A stretch of 64,000 nt of DNA from an uncultured Ignavibacteriales bacterium (GTDB lineage Bacteria; Zixibacteria; MSB-5A5; GN15; FEB-12), in contig CAYJOL010000002.1 of NCBI GenBank assembly GCA_964371785.1, positions 21,534-85,533 of the forward strand, in the 5' to 3' direction. Numbering within the stretch: the first letter of the stretch is position 1; each line of letters starts with the position of its first letter. Below, one piece after another: positions 54,111 through 64,000 of the stretch. The notes beneath the pieces are model-generated. The model had not been told where the DNA came from and did not search any database. It was given only the letters and a program-made list of their open reading frames with translations. The position numbers and the translations under genes were made by a program.

Positions 54111-54872
54111 CTACACCCCGTGCCGTAATTGGTGGTAGCGGGTGAAGAATTTGCGCACGGTCAGCTCGACGCTGACGATAGAGGTAATCGTGACCGCCAT
54201 CAGGAGCATATAGGCGACAATAATCTGCAGGAAAACGGCGCTCAGCGGATCGGCTCCGGCCAGAATCATGCCGGTCATCGCACCCGGCAACGCCACAATC
54301 CCGACCGTCTTCATGAAATTAAGCACCGTGATCATGCCGGTGGTGTTAGCCGCCCGGATATACTTCGCGGCCGCCAGCCGCCAGCCTTTGCCGAGTGAAA
54401 GCGCGGACTCAATCGCCAGCCGGTTGCCGCGGATATCTGCGGTCAGCCGGTCGATTGTCAGCGCCGATGCATTCATTGAATTGCCGATAATCATCCCGCC
54501 CAATGGAATGATATACCGTGCCTCGAACGAAATAATCCGAAACGCCAGCATCAGTCCGATCGTGATCAAGGACCCGGCCAGCATAGCGATCAGCGAGATC
54601 ACAAATGCGCCGTGCAGATTCTTGGTGCGGCTCGAGGCCGCCTGGGCACCGACTGAAATCATGATCAGTATTGCCATCAGGATCAGCCAGACCGAATCAA
54701 GCTGGAAAATAAACTGCAGTGCATATCCCACGGCAATCAGTTGCACGAACGCCCGCACTGAGCCGATACTGATGTCCTTTATGACTGGAATCTTCCAGTA
54801 CCGGTTGATGGCGATCGACAACAGCACCAGCAAAGCTGACACGCCGACCTGCAACAGCCCGGGTGTTTTCAC
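54111..54872 (-). CDS. fetB: FetB/YbbM-family (UPF0014) ABC permease, putative iron exporter
   Basis: 253 aa, polytopic. Overlaps the upstream ATPase gene by 4 nt. Length and composition fit the family. Confidence 0.7.
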   Translation of the reverse strand: MKTPGLLQVGVSALLVLLSIAINRYWKIPVIKDISIGSVRAFVQLIAVGYALQFIFQLDSVWLILMAILIMISVGAQAASSRTKNLHGAFVISLIAMLAGSLITIGLMLAFRIISFEARYIIPLGGMIIGNSMNASALTIDRLTADIRGNRLAIESALSLGKGWRLAAAKYIRAANTTGMITVLNFMKTVGIVALPGAMTGMILAGADPLSAVFLQIIVAYMLLMAVTITSIVSVELTVRKFFTRYHQLRHGV

Positions 54873-55594
54873 AGGAGTTTCCTTGTCTTGTAATTCATTC
54901 CTGCTTCGGACTGCGGGTCGTTAATAATCTGCTCGACCGGACCGGATTCAATAAGCTTACCACTGTGCATCAACAAGGCTTCCTGCCCGATCCTGAGCGC
55001 CTGCTCCGGGTTGTGCGTGACCACGATCGCCGCCAGGTCTTGTTTTGGGACAATTTCTTTGATCAGTTCCTCGATGGCCGAAGTATAGCCGGGGTCAAGC
55101 GCCGAGGTCGGTTCATCCAACAGGATGACTTCGGGTCTCGTCGCCAGTAACCGCGCGATAGCCACTCTCTGCTTCTCCCCGACCGAGAAATTTGTGGTCG
55201 ACTGGTTGACTTGCTCCGCCTTAATGTGGGCCTCACGGGCAAGTGTTTCGACCTCGTCATCGGTGAGATCCGCGTTCGCGTAGAGTAGATTGTCCCTGAC
55301 GGTGCCATCGAAAAGGTATGGTGTCTGAAACAGGTAGCCTACTTTCTTGCGGAGCTGGCAGGGGGTGTACTCGAGATGGCTCTTGCCATGAAAGAGCACC
55401 TCGCCGGAGTCCGGTTCATCCAGGCGATTCAGCAGTCTGAGAAACGATGATTTCCCCGCCCCGGATGGTCCGATAACAGCGTAAATCTTCCTGCGGCAGA
55501 ACGAGAAGCTGATATCATCGATAATTGTCCTGGGCTGGTTATCCAGCATGACGGTGCGGCGGAGATTCTTGACATCGAGAATGGGTGTGGCCAT
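54869..55594 (-). CDS. fetA: FetA/YbbL-like ABC transporter ATP-binding protein
   Basis: Walker A GPSGAGKSS, signature FSVGEKQR, Walker B ILLDEPTSALD and H-loop VVTHN. Confidence 0.75.
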   Translation of the reverse strand: MATPILDVKNLRRTVMLDNQPRTIIDDISFSFCRRKIYAVIGPSGAGKSSFLRLLNRLDEPDSGEVLFHGKSHLEYTPCQLRKKVGYLFQTPYLFDGTVRDNLLYANADLTDDEVETLAREAHIKAEQVNQSTTNFSVGEKQRVAIARLLATRPEVILLDEPTSALDPGYTSAIEELIKEIVPKQDLAAIVVTHNPEQALRIGQEALLMHSGKLIESGPVEQIINDPQSEAGMNYKTRKLL

Positions 55595-55601
55595 AGCGGC
55601 G

Positions 55602-56552
55602 CTATCCCTCGTCCCCTTCGCCGAAATACAAATACCGGCTGATCAGGCTGACATAATCGGACCAGCCTTTGCCGTCGTGACGCTCCCGGATTCGGTCGAT
55701 CGCCCCCATCTTGCTGTCTATCTCATCGCAATAGTACACCACGAACGCTTCCGGCATCTGGGGCACGACCGGCGTGGCATATTCGAGTTCTCCCTGATGC
55801 GAGAGAATGATATGCCGCAATTTCATCAATAACTTTTCGGGGAAATTTTCAATTGACGCGGCCCGTCGGCAGATCCAGTCATCGACCAGGCAGATATGTC
55901 CGATCAATCGGCCTTCGTCGGTGTAATCTATGATCGTATTCGTGCTGTAAGTCGTGATCTTTCCGGCATCGTGAAACAACCCGCCGAAAATCAGATAATC
56001 TTTGTTCAGGAAATCATAGCCGGCGGCTACGCGAAGCGCCAGTTCACCGACATTGGCGGAGTGCTCGGACAGTCCGCCGATATACGAATGGTGCCAGAGC
56101 TTGCCGGCCGGGGCTTTCAAAAATTCGGCGAGGAATTTTTCATCATTCCAGAATGACTCGACCAGCGATTTGATATAGCTGTTCTCGATTTTATTAGTGA
56201 GCCCCAGAATCCGGGCCTTGCGCTCCTCGTTGGTTTGTTTCGAGAACGGCATGATATCTTCGATCGTGAACTCGTCATCGGTCGCCAGCCGGATGCGATT
56301 GATGGTCAGCTGTGCCTTGCCGTTATACTCCCCCACCACGCCCTTGACTTTCACCACCATGCCTTCGGCCAGTTCGGTCAGGCAGAACTGATCCGGCTCC
56401 CAGCAGACCGCGTTGACCCGACCGGTCGAGTCACCCAGCTCAAGCGAGACAAACTGGCCCTTGGTATATTCCCGGACCGTTTTCTTGCGTACGGCAAAGA
56501 AATTGGTGACGATATCCTCGGGGACGAAATCGATGATCTTTTTGTCGGCCAT
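55602..56552 (-). CDS. YhaM-like OB-fold plus HD-domain phosphohydrolase/3'-5' exoribonuclease
   Basis: 316 aa. N-terminal OB fold (FVSLELGDSTGRVNAVCW...KVKGVV), then GGLSEHS...LFHDAGK HD motifs. Confidence 0.75.
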   Translation of the reverse strand: MADKKIIDFVPEDIVTNFFAVRKKTVREYTKGQFVSLELGDSTGRVNAVCWEPDQFCLTELAEGMVVKVKGVVGEYNGKAQLTINRIRLATDDEFTIEDIMPFSKQTNEERKARILGLTNKIENSYIKSLVESFWNDEKFLAEFLKAPAGKLWHHSYIGGLSEHSANVGELALRVAAGYDFLNKDYLIFGGLFHDAGKITTYSTNTIIDYTDEGRLIGHICLVDDWICRRAASIENFPEKLLMKLRHIILSHQGELEYATPVVPQMPEAFVVYYCDEIDSKMGAIDRIRERHDGKGWSDYVSLISRYLYFGEGDEG

Positions 56553-56676
56553 AGTGACTAATTATAATGTCGCGCGTCCCGGCAGGCAAGGACGATATGC
56601 CCTCAGCCTGGCTGCCCGGCATGCTTTGAAATCAACTTGGCGGCGGAATGTATAACTTATATATTAGCGGTACTTT

Positions 56677-58002
56677 ATGAAGATACTCACCAGATATATA
56701 CTCAGGGAGCATATTGCTCCGTTTTTCTTCGCGTTTTTTACGATCACGTTCCTGCTGGTAATCGACTATGTCCCCAAGATCACCGACCACGTGATTGACA
56801 AGGACCTTTCGGTCTGGGTCGCACTGGAACTTCTGGGACTGAATCTTGCCTGGATGCTGGCGCTGTCGATTCCGATGGCTGTTCTGGTGGCCTGCCTGAT
56901 GGCATTCGGTCGCATGACGGCGGACTTTGAGATAACAGCTATCAAGGCCTCCGGTGTGAACATGATACGCATCATCTTTCCGTTGCTCGTCGCCGGCGCT
57001 GTGCTCACTTTTGGCATGGTGGAATTCAACGACAAAATCCTGCCCGACCTTAATAAGCGGGCGCGCGAGCTATGGGGAGACATATCGGCCATGCGGCCGA
57101 CGCTCGTGTTCAAGTCAGGGGTGTTTATTTCCGATATCCCCGGCTATCTGGTGCTGATCGACCATATCGACCATAAGACTTCGCGGGTCGATGGTGTCCG
57201 CATCACCGACACGCGCGACAACAACAAGCCGCGAATAATTGTCGCCAAATATGGCTACCTCAAAATGACCGACAACAATAAGAATATGCAGTTCACGCTG
57301 TACGACGGCGAGATTCATTCGCTCGATGTGTCCGATGCCAGCAATTACCGCAGGGTTGACTTTGACAAACAGATCATCAACGTTTCCGAAGCAGGGTCGG
57401 AACTTCAGCGTACCGACTCGGACTACCGGGGCGACCGGGAGATGTCAATCAAAGATATGCAAAAACGGGTCGGGGAGGCCTACAATCAGATAGACCCGTT
57501 CCGCACACGGATCTATGAATCCTATGTCCAGAGAATCGACTACTTATTTACCGACAGCGCTCTTTCTCCTCCGAAAGACACCGTTACTGACTCAGTTGCT
57601 TATGCACAGGTAAAGACGAATGCCGCGACATTCGCAAGACAGGTGGAGCGAAACAAACAACAGATAGTCTCGCAGGAACAGACGGTTGACAAGTACATGT
57701 CTGAAATTTATAAGAAGTACTCGATCCCGGGCGCTATCATCGCGTTCATCCTGATCGGCGCGCCGTTGGGTGTCATGTCCCGGCGAAAAGGGATGGGAAT
57801 AGCGATTGCCATTTCGATAATATTGTTCGTCATTTACTGGGTGTTTCTCATCGGCGGCGAGGATCTGGCTGACCGGGGATTGCTCTCGCCGTTCTGGGCG
57901 ATGTGGTCGGCGAACTTTTTGATTGGCGGAGTCGGCCTCTACCTGCTGTACATCGTAGTGACCGAAAAACCATTATTCAGTTATTTCCGGCAAATAAAGT
58001 GA
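56677..58002 (+). CDS. lptF: LptF/LptG-family LPS export permease
   Basis: 441 aa. MKILTRYILREHIAPFFFAF, with a large periplasmic loop between TM3 and TM4. The F versus G assignment follows gene order only. Confidence 0.7.
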   Translation: MKILTRYILREHIAPFFFAFFTITFLLVIDYVPKITDHVIDKDLSVWVALELLGLNLAWMLALSIPMAVLVACLMAFGRMTADFEITAIKASGVNMIRIIFPLLVAGAVLTFGMVEFNDKILPDLNKRARELWGDISAMRPTLVFKSGVFISDIPGYLVLIDHIDHKTSRVDGVRITDTRDNNKPRIIVAKYGYLKMTDNNKNMQFTLYDGEIHSLDVSDASNYRRVDFDKQIINVSEAGSELQRTDSDYRGDREMSIKDMQKRVGEAYNQIDPFRTRIYESYVQRIDYLFTDSALSPPKDTVTDSVAYAQVKTNAATFARQVERNKQQIVSQEQTVDKYMSEIYKKYSIPGAIIAFILIGAPLGVMSRRKGMGIAIAISIILFVIYWVFLIGGEDLADRGLLSPFWAMWSANFLIGGVGLYLLYIVVTEKPLFSYFRQIK

Positions 58003-58009
58003 CGCGGCT

Positions 58010-59095
58010 ATGATCAAGAAGCTCGATCGATACCTCCTCCGGCATTTTTTTATCGCACTCGGTGTAGTCGTGGTGGCGATCGGGCTCACTATTATCATTA
58101 TCAATATGATCGAAGGGCTGAGCGACTTTATCGATAACCAGGTACCGCTGATCGATGTACTCACCTACTACACGTATTTCGGGGGCTGGGTGCTCAAATC
58201 GTTCTTCCCGGTCTTTGTCCTGCTGGCGACGTTGTTTGCCGTCTCGGTGCTTGCTCGTCGGAACGAGATTCTCGCGATGAACTCGGCGGGGCTGTCCCTC
58301 TATCGCATCGCGGCGCCTTTTATAATCGTCTCACTGATACTTGCAGTCGGTCACTTTTATTACAACGAGTATATCTTCCCGCCGGCCAACAAGAAACGTC
58401 TGGAAATAAAAGAGTTTACGATTAAAAAACACTCGAAACGACGCTACACCCAGGTGGCCAATATCTATCGCCAGATAGGACCCGGATATTTCTACACTAT
58501 CGGTCAGTTAAATGTCGAGCGGGAAGAAGGCAAAGATCTTAAAATGTACCGGACCAAGAGAAATCGCCTCAGTGAAATCCTGACAGCATCGGCGGTAGAA
58601 TACCGGGAAAAACGATGGCGCGCACTCAATGGTGTAATCCGGACGTTCAACGATTCTTCCACCGAATCATCGTTTCAGCAATTCACCCAGATGGAATTGC
58701 CCGACATCAAGGACACCCCCGAAGATCTCTCCCGGAAACTCGGCGACCCCGCGGACATGGGTCTGGAGGAGCTGAAATCATATATAGATCTGATGAAACG
58801 CACCGGCGGCCCGTATGTACGCGAGTCAATCGATTACCGCCTGAAGTACTCCTATCCGCTGGCTTCATTCATTGTCGTTCTGATCAGCGTCCCGCTGGCG
58901 GCGCGCAGTCGAAGAGGCGGAATTGCCGTCTCATTCGCGACCGGCACCGGTATCGCGCTGGTTTATTTTGTGCTGTTTCGCGTTTTGCAGTCGGCCGGCT
59001 ACAACGAAAAAATCCCCGACTGGATGGCAATCTGGGGAATCAATGGTGTCTTCTTCCTCATCGGCATGGTCACCATCATCTCAGCAAAGAAATAA
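58010..59095 (+). CDS. lptG: LptF/LptG-family LPS export permease
   Basis: 361 aa. MIKKLDRYLLRHFFIAL, with the same topology as the upstream gene. Confidence 0.7.
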   Translation: MIKKLDRYLLRHFFIALGVVVVAIGLTIIIINMIEGLSDFIDNQVPLIDVLTYYTYFGGWVLKSFFPVFVLLATLFAVSVLARRNEILAMNSAGLSLYRIAAPFIIVSLILAVGHFYYNEYIFPPANKKRLEIKEFTIKKHSKRRYTQVANIYRQIGPGYFYTIGQLNVEREEGKDLKMYRTKRNRLSEILTASAVEYREKRWRALNGVIRTFNDSSTESSFQQFTQMELPDIKDTPEDLSRKLGDPADMGLEELKSYIDLMKRTGGPYVRESIDYRLKYSYPLASFIVVLISVPLAARSRRGGIAVSFATGTGIALVYFVLFRVLQSAGYNEKIPDWMAIWGINGVFFLIGMVTIISAKK

Positions 59096-59096
59096 T

Positions 59097-59876
59097 ATGC
59101 CCGATCAGAATAACGAGAAGAACCGGGTCGCCTGGAACGAGATGGCCCGGGTGCATTTCGATCACCCGGATTATCGCGTTAAGGAATTTCTTCAGGGTCA
59201 ATGCACGCTCAAGAGTATCGAGCTTAATGAGATCGGTGATGTCTCCGGTAAGCGTCTACTTCACCTGTTCTGCCAGTTCGGCCTGGACACGCTCTCCTGG
59301 GCGCGCAGAGGCGCCGATGTAACTGGGGTGGATATTTCCGACACATCTATCGACCTCGCTAAGGAGCTTACGTCAAAAGCTGGACTGCAGGCAGAGTGGT
59401 TGAGGTCCGATATCCTCGAACTGGCAGGAAAGCTGAGCGGCAAGTTTGACATTGTCTTTCAATCGTATGGCACCCATCACTGGATCGGTGATCTGAACAA
59501 ATGGGCTCAGATTGTTTCTGACCATCTCAAACCGGGCGGGTTTCTTTACCTGATAGACATTCACCCGGTCATGGTCCCGTGGCTGGAAACCGATGTCTCT
59601 TATTTCAAAAAGGGGCCGTACACGTATGCGAACGACGTAGATTATTGTAACAAGGATTACACAGTTAAGTCCGAACGGGTGGAATGGCAGCACTCTCTGG
59701 CGGATATTATCAACGCCATTATTGGCGCCGGTATGACGATTGAGTTCCTGCATGAATTTGACAAGTGCTGTTACCCCCGTGAGCGAGACTGGTACGAAAA
59801 GGACGGATATTTCTATCCGCCCGATGGTCCCACGCGATATCCGATGTTGTTTTCTTTGCGGGCCGTCAAGAGCTGA
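59097..59876 (+). CDS. Class I SAM-dependent methyltransferase
   Basis: Started at MPDQNNEK, 1 nt after the lptG stop. Motif I reads RLLHLFCQFGLDTLSWARRGADVTGVDIS. The ORF-track start at 58923 overlaps lptG. Confidence 0.75.
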   Translation: MPDQNNEKNRVAWNEMARVHFDHPDYRVKEFLQGQCTLKSIELNEIGDVSGKRLLHLFCQFGLDTLSWARRGADVTGVDISDTSIDLAKELTSKAGLQAEWLRSDILELAGKLSGKFDIVFQSYGTHHWIGDLNKWAQIVSDHLKPGGFLYLIDIHPVMVPWLETDVSYFKKGPYTYANDVDYCNKDYTVKSERVEWQHSLADIINAIIGAGMTIEFLHEFDKCCYPRERDWYEKDGYFYPPDGPTRYPMLFSLRAVKS

Positions 59877-59879
59877 GCG

Positions 59880-62305
<2,426 letters not shown>

Positions 62306-62363
62306 TCTTCATACTCCTTTAGCAAATACGTCAAGCAATGCGGGCTCCCTGCTGAACTGTCGT

Positions 62364-63341
62364 TCAGCGCCCGCCGATTTCAGTGGAATCACCTACGCTG
62401 ACCACCTTCTTCTCGCCTATGATCACGGCGTCACTGCCGATAATCGACTCTTCCAGAATCATATTTTCCAGCCGAACGTTCCGGCCGATAATCGCATTTG
62501 TCACGATCGAGCTGATTATCACCGATCCTTCGTCTATGGACACATGGGGTCCGATAATGGAATTCTCAATTCGCACATCATCTGCAATATGCACCGGTGG
62601 GTTGATGATGGAACCATCGACCACCTGTGTTCTCGCGTGTTTATTCAACAGATGTTGATGCGACGTCAGGATCGTCTCTTTCTTGCCGCAATCGTACCAC
62701 CCGTGTACCTCGAACGGTTTGAACTTCACCCCTTTCCTGATCATCGCGTCGAGCGCGTCGGTCAGTTGAATCTCTCCGCTGGTCGTCTTGCCGGAAGCCA
62801 CCAGGCTGGCCAGCTCCTGCTTGAGCAGGGTCGGGTCCGAGAAGTAGTACAGCCCGATCAGGGCCAGATCGCTTTTGGGATGCTGCGGTTTTTCGACCAG
62901 GTCACTGACAAAGCCGTCTTCTATCTCCGCGATACCGAACCTTCGGGGATTTTCGACCTTTCTCACGCCGAGAACATATTCCCCTGCGCTCGTAAAACTG
63001 GGGAGATCGCATTCGACTATGGTGTCGCCGAGGATCACGAGCAGGGGCTCATTGTGAACATGCGCCATCGCTATGTGCAATGCGTAGCCGAGACCGAGCA
63101 ACTTGTCCTGTTCGACAAATGTCGATTTGAAGGTAAACCGGCGACGGACATGCTCGGCAATCAGGTCCCCTTTGTAACCAATCACAAAAATGACTTCTTC
63201 CGGTTTCAGTTCGATAAGCGGATCGAGCAGATGGTCCAGAATAGCCTTATTTCCCACTTTCAGCAGCGGTTTCGGCAATGTAATAGTATGTGGTTTCAGC
63301 CTGTTACCGATACCGGCAACAGGAATAATGACTTTCATCAA
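62364..63341 (-). CDS. Sugar-phosphate nucleotidyltransferase with C-terminal left-handed beta-helix
   Basis: 325 aa. N-terminal motif IIPVAGIGNRLKPHTITLPKPLL. C-terminal hexapeptide repeats (I.D.V.IENSIIG..V.I). Confidence 0.8.
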   Translation of the reverse strand: MMKVIIPVAGIGNRLKPHTITLPKPLLKVGNKAILDHLLDPLIELKPEEVIFVIGYKGDLIAEHVRRRFTFKSTFVEQDKLLGLGYALHIAMAHVHNEPLLVILGDTIVECDLPSFTSAGEYVLGVRKVENPRRFGIAEIEDGFVSDLVEKPQHPKSDLALIGLYYFSDPTLLKQELASLVASGKTTSGEIQLTDALDAMIRKGVKFKPFEVHGWYDCGKKETILTSHQHLLNKHARTQVVDGSIINPPVHIADDVRIENSIIGPHVSIDEGSVIISSIVTNAIIGRNVRLENMILEESIIGSDAVIIGEKKVVSVGDSTEIGGR

Positions 63342-63364
63342 AATACCTCTTTAGAATTCGGTAT

Positions 63365-63393
63365 ATAGTAGCCAAAGTCGGTCGGTTTGACAA
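63365..63393 (-). promoter_or_regulatory. Sigma70-like promoter upstream of the nucleotidyltransferase-metK-ahcY operon
   Basis: On the minus strand: TTGTCA (63393..63388), a 17-nt spacer, then TACTAT (63370..63365). This lies about 25 nt upstream of the start codon. Confidence 0.35.
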
Positions 63394-63502
63394 GCACTAA
63401 TCTGTTAGAAGGTCTTAAGTCGGAATCGGAAACTCGATCGGTCACAGCCGCCGGCAGCGGAATACGATGGGATCGGCCCCAAAATGGCCGAACCTGCTCT
63501 AT

Positions 63503-63988
63503 TTATCTAAAGATATGGGAGAAACTCCCGATCCAGTCTTCGATGAGAAACTGGACGCGGCCAATAAGCAGTGAAACCCGTCCCATCACCGTGTAGCCGA
63601 AATGTGCTCCAAAGGCCACCATGATAAACCAGATACCAACCTTGGCCGTAACACCCAGCACTCCCACATGCTCCTTTGAGAAGTAGAAGTAAATAAGGGT
63701 GGAAATGACACCTACAACGACAATGACAGCCAAAAGCGATGCCGCCCAGCCGCCGCTGTCGATCAGCGGCACCATAGTAGCTTTCATTTGCGGGAGCACC
63801 AGGCCATGCAATTGGGTAGTAAGAAATACCCCGGCGGTGGTGCCCATGACAAAAGCCAGGGCGAGCCGCGACAGCCAGGAATACTTGGGAAAGAAACGGG
63901 CGAACATGAGGCATCCGATAATACCCGGAATCGCCAGCCACCAGCGGCCATCCTGGACCATCGGGTCCCACAGCTGCTGAACGATCAC
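63503..63988 (-). CDS. Hypothetical polytopic membrane protein
   Basis: 161 aa with 4-5 hydrophobic segments and no motif recognised. The N-terminus lies near the window edge and may extend beyond it. Confidence 0.5.
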   Translation of the reverse strand: MIVQQLWDPMVQDGRWWLAIPGIIGCLMFARFFPKYSWLSRLALAFVMGTTAGVFLTTQLHGLVLPQMKATMVPLIDSGGWAASLLAVIVVVGVISTLIYFYFSKEHVGVLGVTAKVGIWFIMVAFGAHFGYTVMGRVSLLIGRVQFLIEDWIGSFSHIFR

Positions 63989-64000
63989 GGTATCCCAGAT

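Noticed and set aside
54268-54924. A 218-aa plus-strand ORF opposite fetB. Similar long antisense ORFs occur at 23624..24403, 14917..15507, 10898..11410, 40298..40819, 1252..1731 and 52201..52701.
   Set aside because: Each one overlaps a better-supported gene on the other strand almost completely. None has an RBS, a recognisable motif or sensible composition.
62306-62363. A possible SAM riboswitch upstream of metK
   Set aside because: The gap between the nucleotidyltransferase stop and the metK start is only 58 nt. It contains only an RBS and a 7-bp hairpin (GCTGAAC-tgtc-GTTCAGC) overlapping the upstream stop codon. That is too short for any SAM riboswitch class, and metK appears co-transcribed with the upstream gene.

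Overview
This 64 kb contig appears to come from an uncultured Gram-negative bacterium. Four secreted proteins end in a type-A T9SS (Por) C-terminal sorting domain (motif NYPNPFNPST...K[ML]LLLK), and LptF/G and Lgt are present. This points to the FCB superphylum or a related candidate phylum, but that placement is inference only.

The flanks (1-21.3 kb and 53.8-64 kb) are ordinary housekeeping DNA. They carry an M1 aminopeptidase, lgt, a BaiN-type flavoprotein, fetAB, a YhaM-like nuclease, lptFG, and a nucleotidyltransferase-metK-ahcY operon. They also carry an orphan Dam-class methyltransferase and a kinase/NB-ARC/TPR STAND protein.

The centre (about 21.36-53.72 kb) looks like a decayed genomic island integrated at tRNA-Ser(GGA). 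An exact 23-nt direct repeat containing the tRNA 3' end sits at both borders, and no integrase remains. In order, the interval holds:
- an FG-GAP T9SS cargo protein;
- a truncated RAYT with REP-like hairpins;
- a DinB-family gene plus an orphan Nudix-like gene;
- a 2495-aa TcB/SpvB-like Rhs toxin with a PD-(D/E)xK C-terminal domain and a translationally coupled immunity gene;
- a frameshift-riddled IS3 (IS407 group) copy and a stop-riddled IS481 copy;
- a beta-helix/dockerin-like T9SS cargo protein;
- a GNAT / CE4-like / UPF0104 operon;
- a 10-gene T2SS/type IV pilus-like cluster.

A 112-bp structured repeat occurs twice inside the island. No CRISPR array, rRNA gene or prophage structural genes were seen. 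All family calls rest on motifs read by eye from the translations; no database search was run.
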